In this document: positions 60,430-64,000 of the stretch, piece by piece
Layout of the letters: every line of letters starts with the position of its first letter
Numbering within the stretch: position 1 is the first letter of the stretch
Assembly: GCA_963783385.1 (NCBI GenBank)
Contig: CAWANJ010000001.1
Location: 192,001 to 256,000, forward strand
Direction: 5' to 3'
Origin: an uncultured Gemmatimonadales bacterium
Lineage (GTDB): Bacteria > Gemmatimonadota > Gemmatimonadetes > Palauibacterales > Palauibacteraceae
DNA length: 64,000 nt
Notes under the pieces: model-generated
What the model was told of the DNA's origin: nothing
The model's input: the letters and a program-made list of their open reading frames with translations, nothing else
The model's database searches: none
Made by a program: the position numbers and the translations under genes

Positions 60430-61626
<1,197 letters not shown>

Positions 61627-61738
61627 CGGCTCCCGTCTCCTGGCTACGTTTCTTCCGTCGCTGCTGGTCCTGTCGCCGCGCGGAGCCACGAGGTCCTCGC
61701 GGACCCGCTGCCGCTCCGCCTCCGGCGCCCCCTGCTCA

Positions 61739-61821
61739 TGGTGGGGGGAGGATTCGAACCTCCGAAGGCATAAGCCGGCAGATTTACAGTCTGCTCCGTT
61801 TGGCCGCTTCGGTACCCCACC
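61739..61821 (-). tRNA. tRNA-Tyr(GTA)
   Basis: Acceptor GGTGGGG/CCCCACC, anticodon loop CTGTAAA, long variable arm, GGTTCGAATCC; CCA not encoded. Confidence 0.96.
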
Positions 61822-61911
61822 GCGGGCCCGGCCCGTGCTCCGCTCCACGTCCACGGTCTCCGGGCGCGTCCGACGGGTCGGACCCGCCGGGGCTCCCACT
61901 CCTCGCGAGTG

Positions 61912-61984
61912 AGCTGACGGTGGGACTCGAACCCACAACCTTCGGATTACAAATCCGATGCTCTACCGATTGAGCTACGTCAGC
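61912..61984 (-). tRNA. tRNA-Thr(TGT)
   Basis: GCTGACG TAGCTCAATCGGTAGAGC, anticodon loop TTTGTAA, GGTTCGAGTCC; CCA not encoded. Confidence 0.96.
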
Positions 61985-61998
61985 AACGGGAGATCGGT

Positions 61999-62027
61999 AT
62001 CATAGAAGTCACTGCCGGGGCTGTCAA
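61999..62027 (-). promoter_or_regulatory. sigma70 promoter for the tRNA-tuf operon
   Basis: TTGACA-N17-TATGAT; the -35 overlaps the cysS stop. Confidence 0.8.
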
Positions 62028-63571
62028 TCCATGGGGTCGCGTTCGCCTTCGGCGGCGGGCGACGATCCGCCGCCGGAGGCCGCCACGCCCGCCGCCGCGC
62101 CCGCCTCGGACCCGGGAAGCTTCCAGCGGGTGCCCGTCGGCGTGTCCTCGAGCACGAAGCCGCGGGCCGTCACCTCGTCGCGGATCGCATCCGCCCGCTC
62201 GAAGTCACCCTCGGAGCGCGCCCGGCGCCGCTCCGCGATCCGTTGTTCGAGCCACCGTTCGGTTTGCCCGGAAACGGTGACCCGCTCGCCTTCCCGCAGC
62301 GAGAGGACGCCGAAGACCGCATCGAAGTCGTCCAGGAATCCCCGGGCCGCCTTGCGACCCGCAGCGCTTCCGCCGCCCGAGTCCAGGATGGCGTTCGCGT
62401 CCCGGACGAACTCGAACACCGCCGCCAGCGCGCCGCTCACGGCCAGGTCGTCGTCCAGGGCCGTCTCGAACGCGGCGCGCGCCCGATCCGCCGCTCGCGC
62501 GAGCGGGTCGGCGGGGGCGTCGCCGGATGCTCCGCCCTCTTCCGGGCCGACGTCCCGATCCGAGGCGACCGCCAGCCTGACGCCCAGCTCCTCGATCCTG
62601 TCCAGGGCCCGGTCCGCTTGCTCGAGCCCCTCGACCGTGAAGTTGAGCTGACTGCGGTAGTGGGCGCTGAGCAGCAGGTAGCGGATCGCCGAGGGTCGAT
62701 GACCGCGCCTCACCAGGTCGAGCACGGTGTAGTAGTTGCCCTCCGACTTGGACATCTTGGCGCCCTCGACGAGCAGGTGGGCAGCGTGGAGCCAGAAGCG
62801 CGCGAAGGTGCGGCCGGTGGCCGCCTCGGACTGCGCGATCTCGTTGGTGTGATGCGGGAAGATGTTGTCCACTCCGCCCGTGTGGATGTCCAGTGTCGGA
62901 CCCTGGTACTCCATCGCCAGGACCGAGCACTCCAGGTGCCAGCCCGGCCGGCCGGGCCCCCAGGGCGAGTCCCAAATGGCGACATCACCCTCCTCGGCCC
63001 GCTCACCCCCCTTCCACAGCACGAAGTCGCGAGGGTCGTCCTTGGAGTATTCCTCGTCGCCCCTGGCCCGCCCCGCGCTGCGGAGCGATTCCGGGTCGAG
63101 CCGCGCCAGCCTGCCGTATTCCGGGAAGCGGTCGATGGCGAAGTACACCGAACCGTCCGCCTCGTAGCAGTAGCCCTTCTCCTCGAGCGTCTCCACCAGC
63201 TCGATCATCTCCGCCACGTGCTCGGTCGCCCGCGGATAGTGCTCGGCCCGCTCGAGGCCCAGCGTGTCCCAGTCCTCGAAGAAGCCCGCGATGACGGGCT
63301 CGGTCACCTCCTCGAGCGTCACCCCCCGCTCCACGGCGGCGTGGATCGTCTTGTCGTCCACGTCGGTGAGATTCATGACCTGGGTCACGCGCCACCCCTT
63401 CCACTCCAGGTAGCGCCGGAGCAGGTCCTCCCAGGTGAACGTCCGGAAGTTGCCGATGTGGGCCCGGTCGTAGACCGTGGGGCCGCACGTGTACATGCGC
63501 ACGTGGCTCGGGTCGGCCGGTTCGAACGCTCGCGGCGAGCGGCTGAGCGTATCGTACAGGCGTAGCGTCAT
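62024..63571 (-). CDS. cysS: Cysteine--tRNA ligase
   Basis: YTCGPTVY, HIGN, PGWHLEC, FPHHTNE, KMSKS. Confidence 0.97.
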   Translation of the reverse strand: MTLRLYDTLSRSPRAFEPADPSHVRMYTCGPTVYDRAHIGNFRTFTWEDLLRRYLEWKGWRVTQVMNLTDVDDKTIHAAVERGVTLEEVTEPVIAGFFEDWDTLGLERAEHYPRATEHVAEMIELVETLEEKGYCYEADGSVYFAIDRFPEYGRLARLDPESLRSAGRARGDEEYSKDDPRDFVLWKGGERAEEGDVAIWDSPWGPGRPGWHLECSVLAMEYQGPTLDIHTGGVDNIFPHHTNEIAQSEAATGRTFARFWLHAAHLLVEGAKMSKSEGNYYTVLDLVRRGHRPSAIRYLLLSAHYRSQLNFTVEGLEQADRALDRIEELGVRLAVASDRDVGPEEGGASGDAPADPLARAADRARAAFETALDDDLAVSGALAAVFEFVRDANAILDSGGGSAAGRKAARGFLDDFDAVFGVLSLREGERVTVSGQTERWLEQRIAERRRARSEGDFERADAIRDEVTARGFVLEDTPTGTRWKLPGSEAGAAAGVAASGGGSSPAAEGERDPMD

Positions 63572-64000
63572 GCGCTCCCTCCGGCGGCACCGGGATCCGG
63601 GGCGCCGACCGCGGCGGACGGTCCCTGGCCCCGGCCCCAATACAGCGTCCGGTGCGGGAACGGGATCTCGATGCCTTCCTCGTCGAATCGGTTCTTGATG
63701 CGGCGGCGGAGCTCGCGCGCCACCTCCCACTGCTTCAGGGGGAGCGTCTTGGCCATGAAGCGGATCACGACCGCGCTGTCCTCGAACCGCTCCACTCCGG
63801 GGACGACCGGCTCCTCCACCAGGCGCGGACGCCAGGCGTCATCCTTCCACAGCTCCCGGCCCAGGTCGGCCAGCACCCGCATGACCCGGTCCACGTCCTC
63901 GCCGTAGGCCACGCCGATCTCGAGCACCGCCCGCGACCAGCCCTTGGTGAGATTGCTGACCTGGTGGATCTCGCCGTGGGGGATCGTGTGAAGCACTCCT
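63568..64000 (-). CDS. Mechanosensitive channel MscS family, C-terminal part (5' end outside window)
   Basis: IPHGEI..VSNLTKGWSR, IGVAYGED, EGIEIPFP. Confidence 0.9.
   Translation of the reverse strand, partial: GVLHTIPHGEIHQVSNLTKGWSRAVLEIGVAYGEDVDRVMRVLADLGRELWKDDAWRPRLVEEPVVPGVERFEDSAVVIRFMAKTLPLKQWEVARELRRRIKNRFDEEGIEIPFPHRTLYWGRGQGPSAAVGAPDPGAAGGSA

Overview
This GC-rich bacterial window is almost entirely housekeeping. RpoA, RpoB, SecA and TolB features suggest Gemmatimonadota (FCB superphylum); this is inference from remembered family features, not a database result. All recognisable genes except radC are on the minus strand. In transcription order: mscS(partial)-cysS, tRNA-Thr/tRNA-Tyr, tuf-rpmG-secE-nusG-rplKAJL-rpoBC, rpsLG-fusA-tuf, the S10/spc/alpha ribosomal clusters, an unknown membrane protein and rpmB. 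Next come hemD-hemB, a nucleotide-sugar module (rmd-like, ugd, uxs, GT2), a TPR lipoprotein, bamD, nadD and secA. radC (+) follows, then rel-uvrB-tsaE-tsaB-rimI-ssb, a LysM protein, hemX/ccsA-hemA, an epimerase and tolQ-tolR-tolA-tolB(partial). I saw no mobile element, CRISPR array or rRNA. Six apparent +1 frameshifts (tsaB, secA, uxs, rpoC twice, probably the rpoB 5' end) look like consensus artefacts. The most unusual signals are a strand-specific hairpin with four tandem GNA:GNA internal loops between radC and secA, a three-way-junction/kissing-loop RNA candidate where tRNA-Trp usually sits, a terminator inside the rpsL leader, a Cys4 insertion in SecA, and an apparent CATCG->CATTG substitution footprint.
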